A DNA stretch of 64,000 nucleotides, from the NCBI GenBank assembly GCA_030390025.1, contig CM059447.1, forward strand, positions 13,640,001 to 13,704,000, read 5' to 3'. Both the position numbers and the translations under genes were made by a program. Source of the DNA: Squalus acanthias. Lineage: Eukaryota. A model generated the notes under the pieces. That model ran no database searches. It was not told the origin of the DNA and saw only the letters and a program-made list of their open reading frames with translations. Positions 22,556 through 34,878 of the stretch are shown piece after piece. Each line of letters opens with the position of its first letter. Position 1 is the first letter of the stretch.

Positions 22556-23138
22556 GGGGTCGATTTTCTCCCAGAGCAGACTTTGGGTGGCTGGCCAGCG
22601 GAGCTTGTGAGAAGCTGGTCCATTTTGAGGACCGGGTCTCATTAGTATTGGGCCGATGGACTGCAGCCAGAAATCGAGCAGCCCGGGACAGCCTGCTGAC
22701 TCCGGGCCACCACAGAATCAAGTGGTCTAGCCAACCTCCGGGCCAGAAGGTAGGTTCCTGGGAGGCCCCAATCTCTGGAGGTGGGGGGATGCAGTGGCAG
22801 CGGCCCGACTCCTGCTCCTCCCAGACCCACAAAAATAAAGTCTAACTTACCTTTTGTCTCCCCAGCTGATACTGGGTGGAGCGTGCGCAGCGCAAGCTCT
22901 GCCCGGTTCAATCCAAAAATGGCATTGGGGTCCCATTGACGTCATAGGAACCCTATTTAAATATTTCAATCAGATGGGCACCCTGTTCAGGCGGCTGCTT
23001 GGGTCCCATGCTCGTAGGACCCCAGCAAAATTGCAACGGCCACCACTCCGACGGTAACAGAGCAGTAAGTTCTTACAATCCACTTTCAGACTGTTTTCGC
23101 CTCGTTTCTACTGGATTGGAGGCCTGAAAATTCAGCTC
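22556..23138. mobile_element. Non-autonomous DNA transposon (Harbinger-like MITE)
   Basis: Imperfect TIRs GGGGTCGATTTTC / GAAAATTCAGCTC; 3-bp TSD AAT (22553-22555, 23139-23141); GC-rich interior. Confidence 0.65.
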
Positions 23139-23353
23139 AATAAATCCATTCAGCCTAGGAACCGCCAATTCAAAATAGCTTTGTACCTGTACTTTTGTGA
23201 TAAATATTAGAGAATGTTTGTGCAAGATTTTTCAGTAGAGAGTAAAATCGGGCGGGTTGTAAAACTAGCGTTGCACCTGATCCCATCAGTTTCCCAACAT
23301 GCGGGTTGGGTTAATATTGCCCCCATTATATCAAAAGAACTTTCCTACTCATG

Positions 23354-24190
23354 GGGGGCGATTTTTCCAGCCCTGGGGAGGCGGGTATGGAGGCAGGACT
23401 GCCGGGAAAATGGCAAAATCTGGGAGCGGGTACCCGTCCCGTCCCCAACCCACCTCCGTGCCATCTTCCTAGGAGGCGGGTACCCAACCCGCGCCGGGTC
23501 CCATCTCCTCGAGGCGGGAAGGGGATTAGTGTCAATTAACTGCCAGTTAACAGGCAGTTTTTTTTTACCTAATCCCTATTTTGAGCTCTAAAGTGTGGGC
23601 TTCCCGATGGCTCCGAACCTTGCCAGGGTCAGCGAGGCGAGCCGTGGGTCTGCGGGGGGTCGGAGGGGCTGAAATGTCCGGTGTGCAGGTGAGTGATGAG
23701 TGCAAGTGTGGAGAGGTAAGTGTGTGAGGTGAGTCTAAAGTGTTTTAATAAGATTACTTACCTTTGCTTCTTCCTCCAGGCTTCATCCCTTTAGGCTGCG
23801 GAGCTGCCTCATCTCCACAGCAGAGATGACAGAATGGCTGCTGCATTCTCCGATGCAACAGCCATCTGATTTCTGCTCAGGAAAGAGGTTTGGTGAGTCT
23901 TGAGCACAAGGACTCACCAAAGAACAGAGATTGTCAGTGTTTGACAGCTTCTCAAAGCTGTCATAGATGACAATTCATCTGTCAAAAATTTTGGACAGAT
24001 GAAACGTCATACGCTGACGTTCTCTGTCATCGGCTTTCCCTTAATTGGCCTGCTAAGGCCGCTGGGCGGGCTTAACAAGGTCAATCAAGGGAAAATAGCG
24101 TGGGTTGGCCGGACGTCGATGGAGGCGGGACTAAAACCCGACAAGCAGCAGTCCCGCCTCCATCACGTCCCCATTGATAAAATCACCCCC
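23354..24190. mobile_element. Non-autonomous DNA transposon (Harbinger-like MITE)
   Basis: TIRs GGGGGCGATTTT / AAAATCACCCCC; subterminal ATGGAGGCAGGACTGC / GCAGTCCCGCCTCCAT; TSD ATG (23351-23353, 24191-24193). Confidence 0.85.
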
Positions 24191-24819
24191 ATGGTGTCTT
24201 CCCCAATATTTAGCCATCAGCCACACTGGCTACACAAGCTCTTTAATCAGTTTAGCAGTCAGTTTGTATATAGATATCCATTCAATAGACGGTTAGTATT
24301 ATCTGTAGCCTTTAATTTGGAATCAAGTTCATCATTGCTTAGCTAGTTTGGGAATTTAAGTATGCCTATAGCAGGGCTTATGACCTTTGGCCCGAGGCTA
24401 ATGCATCATGTTATTTTAGGTAATTTGAGACATTCATCATAATTCTTTACTGGTCTGAGTGTGGTATCTATGGTCTTTGTGTCATTTGTGTTCTGGTTCA
24501 GTAACTAGAATGATAGTATCTCCAGTTTAGTTTATAATAGTGGAATGAGCTCAAATGTTATTTTATTCTATTTTGGTTTTTAAAATGCATACATTGATTG
24601 TGTGTACATGTACTCACTTGACACATAAATACAGGACATAACTAAATTAAACTTCAGAACTGAATATTCAAGTCCATGATTTAAAGAGAGGTTTCCAGAA
24701 ATCTAATGTAATCAGATTTCCTGGCACTCACAGAATCGTGCCATTGATAAGACTTTGAGTAATCCCAAAGAGCAGCTCCAACTCCTTCAGCAGCAGTGCC
24801 AGTAATAACAGTAACTTAC

Positions 24820-24912
24820 TTCAATCATTTTGTCTCCATTCAGCTCCATGACTGCAGTCAGTCCCTGCATTGTGACAACAAGCTTATTTTCACCTTCCAG
24901 CTTCGCCAAAGC
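24820..24912 (-). CDS. FABP1-like exon 3
   Basis: GGTTTTAG| ALAKLEGENKLVVTMQGLTAVMELNGDKMIE |GTAAGT; 93 nt, phase 0/0. Confidence 0.93.
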
Positions 24913-25689
24913 CTAAAACCAAACAACAGGATGATGTAAAGTCTCTTCAAAAAGATTTAAAACACTTTTTTTTTTAAAAAGGAGTGTCCCCAATATTATC
25001 AATCATCCATGAAGAATTTACAAAACCAATCATTAGTGCTGGCTGCAACAATCCTAGGCTAGAGAACAGCATTCTCTGATGCTGCTGATTTATCCTTTCT
25101 TTTAGCCTCAATACTTGACAACATGAGCTAGTCCGTGTACTTGGGATGGTATGAAACTCCATTTGGCTTTAGGCCTTCTTCATTTGTTGTGTGTGCAGAG
25201 TTTGAACCACCCTCAGACCGCTTCTGCAGGTTACAGATTTAATGTTAAAAAGACTCCAGTAACTTCCACATGCCTGCCAATTTTCCAGGATATTCTGGCA
25301 ATCTGATGCTTTTTAGAAGATGCAGCGTTTGTTGCAGCCCCACAACAATGCCAATGGTTAAAAAAAACATAAAATGTTTCTTTTAGCAGCCAGCAACAAG
25401 ACGATCTATTGCAACGGCAGAGGGTTTCAAAATCTCTAGGCAATAGGGGCTACAATCTCTGCTCGGTGGTAGTTGGGGGTGTAATCTATGCCCAAACTGT
25501 TCAGTGCAGGAGATGGGGAAAGAGAGCGGCTATGACCTCGGCTGAGGATGTGAAAATAACGTCTATCCATTACTTGCCTTAGTTTGGCAAGATAACCTGA
25601 ATCACTACTCTGCCTTTCAGGTGTACATACATTCAGTGCTCAATGGAAGGCTGTCTTGATGTCTGCTTATTGAGGGAGGGTAGACTGGC

Positions 25690-26100
25690 ATGACCTCTGC
25701 TCAGTGCAGTGGGGGGGGGGGGCGCGACCCCTGCTCAGTGCAGTGGGGGGGGGGCATGACCTCTGCTCAGTGCAGTGGGGGGGGGGGGGCGCGACCTCTG
25801 CTCAGTGCAGTGGGGGGGGGGGGGGCGCGACCTCTGCTCAGTGCAGTGGGGGGGGGGGGCGCGACCTCTGCTCAGTGCAGTGGGGGGGGCATGACCTCTG
25901 CTCAGTGCAGTGGGGGGGGGCGCGACCTCTGCTCAGTGCAGTGGGGGGGGCGCGACCTCTGCTCAGTGCAGTGGGGGGGGGGTCGCGACCTCTGCTCAGT
26001 GCAGTGGGGGGGGGCGCGACCTCTGCTCAGTGCAGTGGGGGGGGGCGCGACCTCTGCTCAGTGCAGTGGGGGGGGGGGGGCGCGACCTCTGGTCAGTGGT
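25690..26100. repeat. G-rich minisatellite, about 13 copies of a ~30-35 bp unit
   Basis: Unit (GC/AT)GACCTCTGCTCAGTGCAGT-Gn-C with variable G-run length. It accounts for the three Gly-rich ORFs at 25690-26257. Confidence 0.95.
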
Positions 26101-26424
26101 GGGTGTGCGGGGTTGTTTGGAAGATGTAGTGTGTTTCAGTGCTCTTCCTTGCCGAGTCTACCATTCCTCAGCTCTGCGGCCATTTTCAGTACATCCGCCT
26201 AAAGACTACGATAAGCCAGTAAATTCTTTCAACATCTCCTTAAGGTTAATATGGTAAGTCTCAAATATTCTGATAAATCAGGTTATTTTGGACTTTGAAA
26301 TGTTTGTATGGCCTGTTTCTGGGAATCTGGAAATAGGATTTTTTTTTCCCCCAGAAAGGGCTACAGAGGGTGCAGTTTGAGGCTGTCACATAATGTTAGG
26401 TGCTGCCCCGTTGTAATCTATTGG

Positions 26425-26947
26425 CACTATGTCGATGACACCTTCCATCACTTTGCTGATGATTGAGAGTAGACTGATGGGGCGGTAATTGGCCGGATTG
26501 GATTTGTCCTGCTTTTTGTGGACAGGACATATCTGGGCAATTTTCCACATTGTCGGATAGAGGCGCAGCTAGTTCTGGAGCACAAGTCCTCAGCACGACA
26601 GCCGGGAAAACTGTTGGGGCCCACAGCCTTTGCTGTATCCAGTGCGCTCAGCCGTTTCTTGATATCACGTGGAGTGAATCAAATTGGCTGAAGACTGGCT
26701 TCTGTGGTGGTGGGGACCTCAGGAGGAGGCCGATATGGATCATCCACTCAGCACTTCTGGCTGAAGATGGTTGCAAACGCTTCAGCCTTGTCTTTTGCAC
26801 TCATGTGCTGGGCTCCACCATAACTGAGGATGGGGATATTCATGGAGCCGCCTCCTCCCTTTAGTTGATTAATGGTCCACCACCATTCACGACTGGATGT
26901 GGCAGGACTGCAGAGCTTTGATCTGATCTGTTGATTGCAGGATCGCC
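26425..26947 (-). mobile_element. CR1/L2-clade LINE fragment (same family as 2038-2897)
   Basis: Reverse complement of 2038-2455 extended to YRPISLLSIISKVMEGVID, with a small internal deletion. Confidence 0.88.
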
Positions 26948-26971
26948 CTTTTAAAAAATTATTTTCTTATA

Positions 26972-27406
26972 GGGCAACACGGTGGCATAGTGGTTAGCGC
27001 TGGTGCCTCACAGCGCCAGAGACCCGGGTTCGAATCTGACCTCGGGTGACTGTCTGTGTGGAGTTTGCACATTCTCCCCGTGTCTGCGTGGGTTTCCTCC
27101 GGGTGCTCCGGTTTCCTCCCACAGTCCAAAAATGTGTGGGTTAGGTTGATTTGGCTATGATAAATTGACCCTTAGTGTTAGGGGGGATTGGTTATGGGGA
27201 TAGGAGGGAATATGTTAGGGGGAATTAAATACGTGGGGTTACGGGGGTAGGGTGGGATATGTGTACTGTGGGAATTAAAGCAGGGACAGGGTACTGGATT
27301 TGGATGATCAGCCATGATCGTATTGAATGGCGGAGCAGGCTCGACGGGCCGAATGGCCTACTCCTGCTCCTAGATTCTATGTTTCTATGTTTCTATGTTT
27401 CTATGT
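26972..27406 (+). mobile_element. HE1-type V-SINE, full length
   Basis: tRNA head GGTGGCATAGTGGTTAGC...GGGTTCGAATC, V core, CR1-derived tail GGGCCGAATGGCCTACTCCTGCTCCT and (TTCTATGT)n. Confidence 0.93.
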
Positions 27407-27435
27407 ATACTTCTACAAAAATCGAGCATTCTTAC

Positions 27436-27608
27436 CTTGACTCTGTGCCCTGTGAAAGTCACAAACTCACTCGCTTGTCCAATGGTGAATTCATTTGTAA
27501 TCACTCTGCTGCCGAAATTATAAATGAATTTAAACGAATTCCCATTTTGAATAAATTCAACAATGCTGCTTATGTCTTTATATTTCATAATGATATCATT
27601 TGAGAATC
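27436..27608 (-). CDS. FABP1-like exon 2
   Basis: TTTGCTAG|GA TTC... (G)FSNDIIMKYKDISSIVEFIQNGNSFKFIYNFGSRVITNEFTIGQASEFVTFTGHRVK |GTAAGA; 173 nt, phase 1/0. Confidence 0.93.
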
Positions 27609-28577
27609 CTAGCAAATAAAAACAAATGTACAAATAATTCAATATTTATCCATGGTAAAAGGAAAGTCTCCTCAGAGCCCCTAACCATTAGTACTCAAGT
27701 AAAGGTCGAACAGAAGATGTTTCCCCATTGCGACATGGAAGGAGTGCGAACATTTTGCTCTGTGACTCAGTACAAACACAAGACAAATTCCTGTTCTCCT
27801 CTGTTTTATCACAGGAAGTCAGACACTTGAAAACAGGGAGGCAGAGAGTCACTCCAGGTTGCACGTTCCTATTGGCTGAATTAAGAACAGTATTGACAGA
27901 GGAAGGGTTGCAGGCCATGTGCCTGTAGGAGTGACATCACTTAATTTGTTTTACAAATGCAGAATAGATTGGTGCAGGTCACTTGTTAAAAATGAACACA
28001 GCTCCTAATATTTAAAATAGGTTTGAAATTTGCGTCACTCTTGTTTGGTCACAGTTGTCACTCCTAACATTTCCCTGATGTTGACAGACCCTGTGTACGG
28101 TCCTAGGAGAATAAGAGAGAAGGCAAGAAAGTAAATTTCAAAATGGGGACCAAGGTTGCGCACGTACATACACAACCCTGCTGAAATTTACCATGAGTTG
28201 CTTTATGGAAATATAAGCAGCTTTTTTGATTCAGTTTCATGCAGCACTATATAAGTGCAACACTTCAGCTATAAAACAAGACTGGTGTTAGCATTATGAC
28301 TGGGGCAAATTCTCACAATATATAATATACGTACATATTACAAAATACAAAGCCAAGCTGTTCACTGTCGTCAACAACAATCTAGCTTAAACCCATTATA
28401 AGGATCTATTCCACCCCCATAATTTTGAATTATTTACTCCACTCCCATTATAAGGATCTTTCAGGGCTCTGTAACTAGGAAGTAAATAGTTTGTTGTTTT
28501 CTTTGGTAAGGTGGGGCAGGTGCACCAGCACTGCTTAATTTGTCATCTAAACATTTTCCATAATCCCTTACAGATTT

Positions 28578-28643
28578 TGTCACAAACACATATGATGTTT
28601 GGTGCAATCATGTCACAAACACATATGATGTTTGGTGCAATCA
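28578..28643. repeat. Perfect 33-bp tandem duplication
   Basis: TGTCACAAACACATATGATGTTTGGTGCAATCA occurs twice in tandem. Confidence 0.95.
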
Positions 28644-30043
28644 TTTATAAAATAATGAAATACTGTTGCAACTATAGTCTTTTAAAAAAAAAAAATTCAG
28701 TCTAATCTCCCTCTAATATTCTCCCCATTTTTCTCCCCTGGTCCTCTCATGTTATACATCACCCAAAGGCAATGCTGCTGTGTACCTGCTGCTAGGAATT
28801 ACATGGCATTGGCTTCTCCCTCTAATTTTCTCTCTTCGCGGAAAGCCTCCATTCAGCACTTCCCCATAGCGATGTCGCCGAGTGCAGGAACTTAGTACAA
28901 AGGGATTTAACCTGGGTCCTGTCATTTGCATGCTGCCATGTCATTGTGCTGCAACATGCTACACCATTGATGCATATGACTTTTTTGTGGTGGTAAGCAC
29001 TTTTATGATTAAAGAGCGGTATACTATTAAATGTATTTTCCTTCTGAAAACTGTCGGGAAACAAAGGAACTCTGCTGTAGTTATTAATTGGGGAAAAACT
29101 TGTAAGCAAAAAATAGAAATTGTTCATCTATAATGGAAAATACTGAAAAGCTGAAATATGATGAATCAAATAAATGGTAATATGGTACAGTGTTGTTATT
29201 GTTGCTAACCTGACAGACAAAACCTAATATTAAGTCAGATTTGCACAAAGAATGTGATGTTGGATGATTATCTCGCTAAAAACTCAAGCAGTCAAAGAAA
29301 CTAAGTAGATGTAGTTGAAGGAGATTAACTACAACAAAAAGAGATGGCATAGAAATTGGTGAGAAGGGATTCAAGAATTGAGCCAATATATCGGGGTTCT
29401 TATGCATTTCTTTTTTCGATATTTAATCACAATTAGGGTACTGAGATATAAAATGGTGAGGTAACAAAAAAAACACCTTTTGCTGTAATTCATATTCAAC
29501 CCTTTGCTGGATCATTTAGTGAAAAACTTTGTTGCATTACAGAGTTTTGAAGATTGTGAAGTTACAGTTCAAAGTCCCTTCCATTTTGTTTTCTGGCTGG
29601 TACCCTCGAAACAGTTTTGCTCAACTCTTCAGCATCCTGTACAATAAAGCACACAATTTTCAGCTCTCCTGGTTAAATGCAGCTCCTTCATGTGATTCTA
29701 CAAATCAATATTTACACATGTGCCAAGTAACATGGATAACTGTGCCAATCTGAAAACATATTTTCAAAGTACCTATTGTCCTACAGAATAAGGACAAGCT
29801 TGGTTTCTTGCTTCGACTCCAGTACAACATCCTAATGCAGCACCTCTCAACAAAAATCAGAAGAAAAAAAACAAAGTGCAACACAAATCTTTAAATCAGA
29901 TAAGTGAGCTACTATTCAGCCTTTTCATTTTCGCCCAAATGGGAACAGCTTTTAAGCAGCTAACTGCCCATTGTATTGATTGATTTAAGCCCAGCACAAA
30001 AGCAATTAAACACAAAATAAAGTAAGGTGCAGTTTAAACTTAC

Positions 30044-30110
30044 CCAGAGCTTTCATGAGTTGTTCGAAGTTTTCCTGACTCTCCAATTCGTACTTTCCAT
30101 TGAAAGCCAT
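30044..30110 (-). CDS. FABP1-like (liver-type fatty acid-binding protein) exon 1
   Basis: MAFNGKYELESQENFEQLMKAL G|GTAAGT, 67 nt. The four exons (67+173+93+51 nt) give 127 aa, colinear without gaps with recalled human FABP1. Confidence 0.93.
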
Positions 30111-30896
30111 TTGGAATTTATTTGCTGTGAAGTAGTTAAGAGCTGATTCTGGAGAATATCAGCAGCTCTTAAAGAGTTGTCTTCAAATTAATTTTCAAAA
30201 AATAGAATGAGTAACTCCTTGATAAGTAATATTAATAGTGACTTACTACCGTACTATCAAGGACATGAATCTGTAAATAAGATGGTAATTTTCTGTTTAT
30301 ACAGGATTACCAGTGGTAACCCAGGGGATTGGCAATGGAAAAACAATGCAGCTGAGGCTTGTTTTTAAACAAAAGTAATGCAAAAGGCGTCACCATTTAT
30401 TCTGTGGCCTTTAATAATTATATGTTCTAGCTGATGATTATATGTCACCTGAACTATTAGACTTTGCTGTTGAAATTAGGCATAGGGCTATAGATGCTTT
30501 CAAAGTTAGTTACCAGAAGCTCAAAGGCACCAATAAAAAAGATAAAAAGTTCACAGTTGCTGCTGATAAGGTTGGATCTTCCATATTTTACTTTAATATG
30601 GGCAACACGAACAACTGCTTTCTCTCCACCCTCTGTCCCATCTGGGAACTTTGGAACTTTTATTTGTGCCAGACTGCAGTCATACTGCACCCGAAGCAAA
30701 ACCCAAATGATGTGAAACTACTTTCTGGAGGTATTCTCACACCTTGTGTCACCACGCAGTCAGATCAGCAACCTAAACCCCAAGTTATACTACCCATTGC
30801 GAATCAATGCATGTCTGAAACTGCTCTATGTTGACACAAAACCAGTAGAACAGGCCTTTCATATGAAACTGTAATAATTGATTACTGTTATTGGAT

Positions 30897-31298
30897 CATC
30901 CTTGTTTTCAAATCCCACCATGGCCTCGCCCCTCCCTATCTCTGTAATCTCCTTCAGCCCCACAACCTCCCCCCCACCCAAGAGATATCTGTGCTCCTCT
31001 AATTCTGCCCTCTTGAGCATCCCTGATTTTAATCGCTCAACTATTGGTGGCCATACCTTCTGTTGCCTGGGCCCCCAAGCTCTGTAATTCCCTCCCTAAA
31101 CCTCTCCGCCTCTCAACCTCTCTTTCCTCCTTTAAGACGCTCCTTAAAACCTACCTCTTTGACCAAGCTTTTGGTCATCTGCCCTAATTTCTCCTCATGT
31201 GGCTTAGTGTCAAATTTTTGGTCTTATAATACTCCTATGAAGCGCCTTGGGACGTTTTACTACGATAATGGCGTTATATAAATACAAGTTGTTGTTGC
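30897..31298 (+). mobile_element. L2-type LINE 3' end
   Basis: GLAPPYLCNLLQP, IPDFNRSTIGG, and tail GCGTTATATAAATACAAGTTGTTGTTG. Confidence 0.9.
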
Positions 31299-33388
31299 TG
31301 AGTGTCAATAGCAACCATTCTGTAAAGTCTTTGATTATTTACAGTCCCTTGCTATGTTCTTTTTCCGCAGCACTCCAACATACTCAATGTGTGATTTAAC
31401 ATACGTCATTGATCATGATTCCTAGCTTGCAATTTAAAAGAATGCATTTTGAAGTACTGGAGATCAGTCATTGCATGTACAAACAGAGAAACAGCATGCC
31501 ATTGAGAGGTTCCACTATGTAATTTCAGGCTAAACTGGGACTGGAATTCATGGAATTTGATGTAGATTGCCCAGGGGATCTCCAGGTGGAGTGCTGAGTA
31601 ATGGAGTTTAAGCTTCATTATAGGTTTTGACATGGGGCCTCCTAATCTGTTTTATATGAGAAGTATATTCAACTTGAAGAATAACTTGCACTTATGTAAC
31701 TGTTGGAATTTCACAAGTATTTAAAAAACATTTTAAACAGAAAACCCCATAAAAACTTTTTTTTAAAACTTTTAGAAAATCCAAAGTTTACATTCTTAAT
31801 TGGTAACAAAAAAAGTTTAATGAAAAAAATGTTTTTGGGTCTCAGTTTTGGAAGAGAAACAAGTGCACCTTGGTCTGTAGCAAGTGTACATCCTCTTCCC
31901 AAGTGCAAATCTCCAGTACAAAATTATAGAAAAACTGGCAAATCAACCGACAACAGTCTGCCCTGATTGAACTGTGACACTCGAGTCCAGACTGCATCAT
32001 TGGGATCCTGGTTGGAGTATCATGGAATGTCATGGAAATCCAAATTCTGATTTGGAACTCCAGTTTATCAATTTCCAGATTTCAAATTTGGATTCAGATT
32101 TCTTCTGTGAAGATGCTACAGGTTTGGTTTTCTGAGCTACCCCACTTGCACTAAATAATTCAAAACTCCCAGTTGATCCTTTACTACCACTTGAATCCTA
32201 GTAGTCCTAAAATGGTTAAATTCAGAAACATAAAAATGAATTAGCATTGATCTAATTCACAAGATAGATTCAGATGAAGAAAACCTTTCAGTCCATATGA
32301 TTGCATCCTTCCAGAAACATCAACCCTACAGTCTTCCCACTACTGACTTAACATCCAGCCAGACAGGATCTCAGTTTAATATCTCATCTCATTGAAATAC
32401 TTTGGTATAAATGGCAACAGTCTTTGCTTCCGATATAAAACCATTGCAAATCTGACAGTGCAGCATTCCTTCAAGTCCTGGCAGGGGCTCAAACCTATAA
32501 CATTCTGACCTTGTGGTAAGGATGCTACCAAATGAGCCAAGCTGATACTGAAATATCAGATCAATGTGGATTTAGAAACCACATTGAAGCTCGGCCCTAA
32601 ATCTGAGTGAGCCATGGTTTGAACAGTGAATTAACTGTCTGGATGGTGTGAACATGTTGGCTTGGATCAGTTCACATAGAACTGAACTGAAGATCTGATC
32701 TATGGACCATTTGCAAATTCTGGAATTATTCATCACTGACCAGCTTGTTTCATGTACAAACAGCTGCTCCATATCAAACTCTTTGGTGAATTATCAAATG
32801 TGCATTTGTGTTCTCCATTTACATGGCGATGCCTTCTACATTGCTATGAACCCCAAAAGAGAAGCCTTACACATCAAAAACGATAAAGAGAAGCAATCTT
32901 CAACCACATGGAATTTTAGCAAAATCCACCCAATTGTATTGTATTTCTCAATCTAACTGGGATGAATTTGACTTGACTGGTGGATGCAAGGTCCACTGGT
33001 GAATAAAAAATCTTCAGCCACCACTGTCTATAGTATACATAATGCCATAGAACATTCACTTCAGCTCTTGGTGTTTGTTTGACACCTGTTCACTTACACA
33101 TTATAGATATTGAAATGTTTTGGTGTCAATGACAACAATCTCTGCTGCAGCTATAAAACCACCTGGCTGTGGTTTTAACCACTGTAACATTAAATTATAT
33201 ACATCCTCCAGCTAACTCTTCTCTGTTTCAGTCCCTTTCCTCTCAGTACAAGTTACTGCACAAGGACTTAATTTTTTTTTTACTGCTCCACAATATACTC
33301 AGTAGCCAGTCCACCATGACTCTGGACGAACCAACCGCACATTATAGCAGCTGCCTATCATGTCGATTTTGAGGAATTCTGGATCCAC

Positions 33389-33978
33389 GGGGCGATTTTA
33401 ACCCTAACTGGGCAGGTGAGCAGTTAAAATCGCCTGGGTTAATTATCCGACCAGATCCCGCTAACTACGATTTTTACATAGCCTTCTGGACGGGCAGCCA
33501 AGCGGTCTGCCCAAAGCTGGCGGGGACCTTTAATCTGTGGAGCGATCAGATGATGTCATTCCGCCCCCGACTACAATTTCAACTCCAGCGGTTGTGGCTT
33601 TCCCGCCAGGCTAAACCAGGCGAGAAGAGGATTGGGACATGAAAAGGCCCTCCAGGTAAGTAACTTTTTTTAAAAAAAAACTTTCCGTTGTGGGGCCAGG
33701 AGGAGCAGAAGTGCTCCTGTGGACTCCACAAGGAAAGTTTAGACCTCCCCTGATCCGAACTCACCTCCACCGCGTGACCCATCGGAGCCCACTTCCCACG
33801 TTTGCCCCAGTGTCGGGAGCAGCCTGATTTTCCGGAGTCCGGCAGTCGCTTCCCGTCCACTTCCAGCCAATCTAGGCAGGAAGTAGACCAGCAGCGCCAT
33901 GCTAACTAGGCCCAGCAGTTAAAATCGTCATGGCCTCGTACTCCCACAAGTGGGCGGGAAACTAACTGAAACCTCCCC
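33389..33978. mobile_element. Diverged Harbinger-like MITE
   Basis: Starts GGGGCGATTTTAACC. The interior shares GGAGCAGAAGTGCTCCTG...CCCACAAG with 22556-23138 (reverse). Right end is degenerate and the TSD is unclear. Confidence 0.6.
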
Positions 33979-34663
33979 AATGGGTCGCTGGTATTCAAAA
34001 TTATACAGAATTACATTACATGAAGCTGATAAATGACAAGCTGTATGTTAAAAATAAATTTTCCAAAATCAGTGTTGTACTCAACAAAAATGAGATATTT
34101 TTGCCTGACTTTGGGATTGGTGTGTGCTTCTTCAAATCCAGTCTTAGTACATATGCAGTTTATAAAAGATTGTAGTTCCGATTCCTGTATCGAACATATC
34201 TGGATACAATGTTGGAAGTGTGAGTCCATTACAGATTGGAGGGAGGAATAATTCAAACTTAAAACAACGCTGCGATTAGTTCAGTTCATAGATTACCTTT
34301 TTAAGTTTGAGTGGTGGAATACTCAAAAGGCCCGGAAGTCGGTTGTTTAAAATCCATGAATCAACTTGGAGATTCTTTGAAAGAGAAAAAAAGTGTGACA
34401 TTTCCAAGATTAGATATTATAGGCTTCCACAGTGATTAGAAATTCAAAAGAGGTAGAAGAAACAATTGAAAAGTAATTTGCAAAGAATTAGCTCAGTTCC
34501 CAGATCTGCAAGCTTCTTATTTTACCTAGTTACATAACTTTTTACTGTAACTCTATAATTATTACCTGTTATTTGCTTGTTCATCGTGTGTTAAATAATT
34601 TTGTTTAATGGTTTTAAACTTAAAATGAATTCTGAAGGTGGGCAGCTCGATTTGCTCATTGAA

Positions 34664-34878
34664 GAAAAGAAAGACTTTCATTTATATAGCGCCTTTCACG
34701 ACCACCGGACATCTCAAAGCGCTTTACAGCCAACGAAGTACTTTTGAAGTGGAGTCACTGTTGTAATGTGGGAAACGCGGCAGCCAATTTGCGCACAGCA
34801 AGCTCCCACAAACAGCAATGTGATAATGACCAGATAATCTGTTTTTGTTATGTTGGTTGAGGGAGAAATATTGGCCAG
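34664..34878 (-). mobile_element. Deu-SINE 3' half
   Basis: Reverse complement of the Deu-SINE tail (ACAACAGTGACTCCACTTCAAAAGTAC...GAAAGGCGCTATATAAATG). Confidence 0.85.

Noticed and set aside
25690-26257. Gly-rich repetitive ORFs; CRISPR-like periodicity
   Set aside because: These are translations of a minisatellite. The 'spacers' are only poly-G and the DNA is eukaryotic.
30442-30834. 130-aa ORF with overlapping ORFs upstream of the FABP gene
   Set aside because: No recognisable domain or splice structure.
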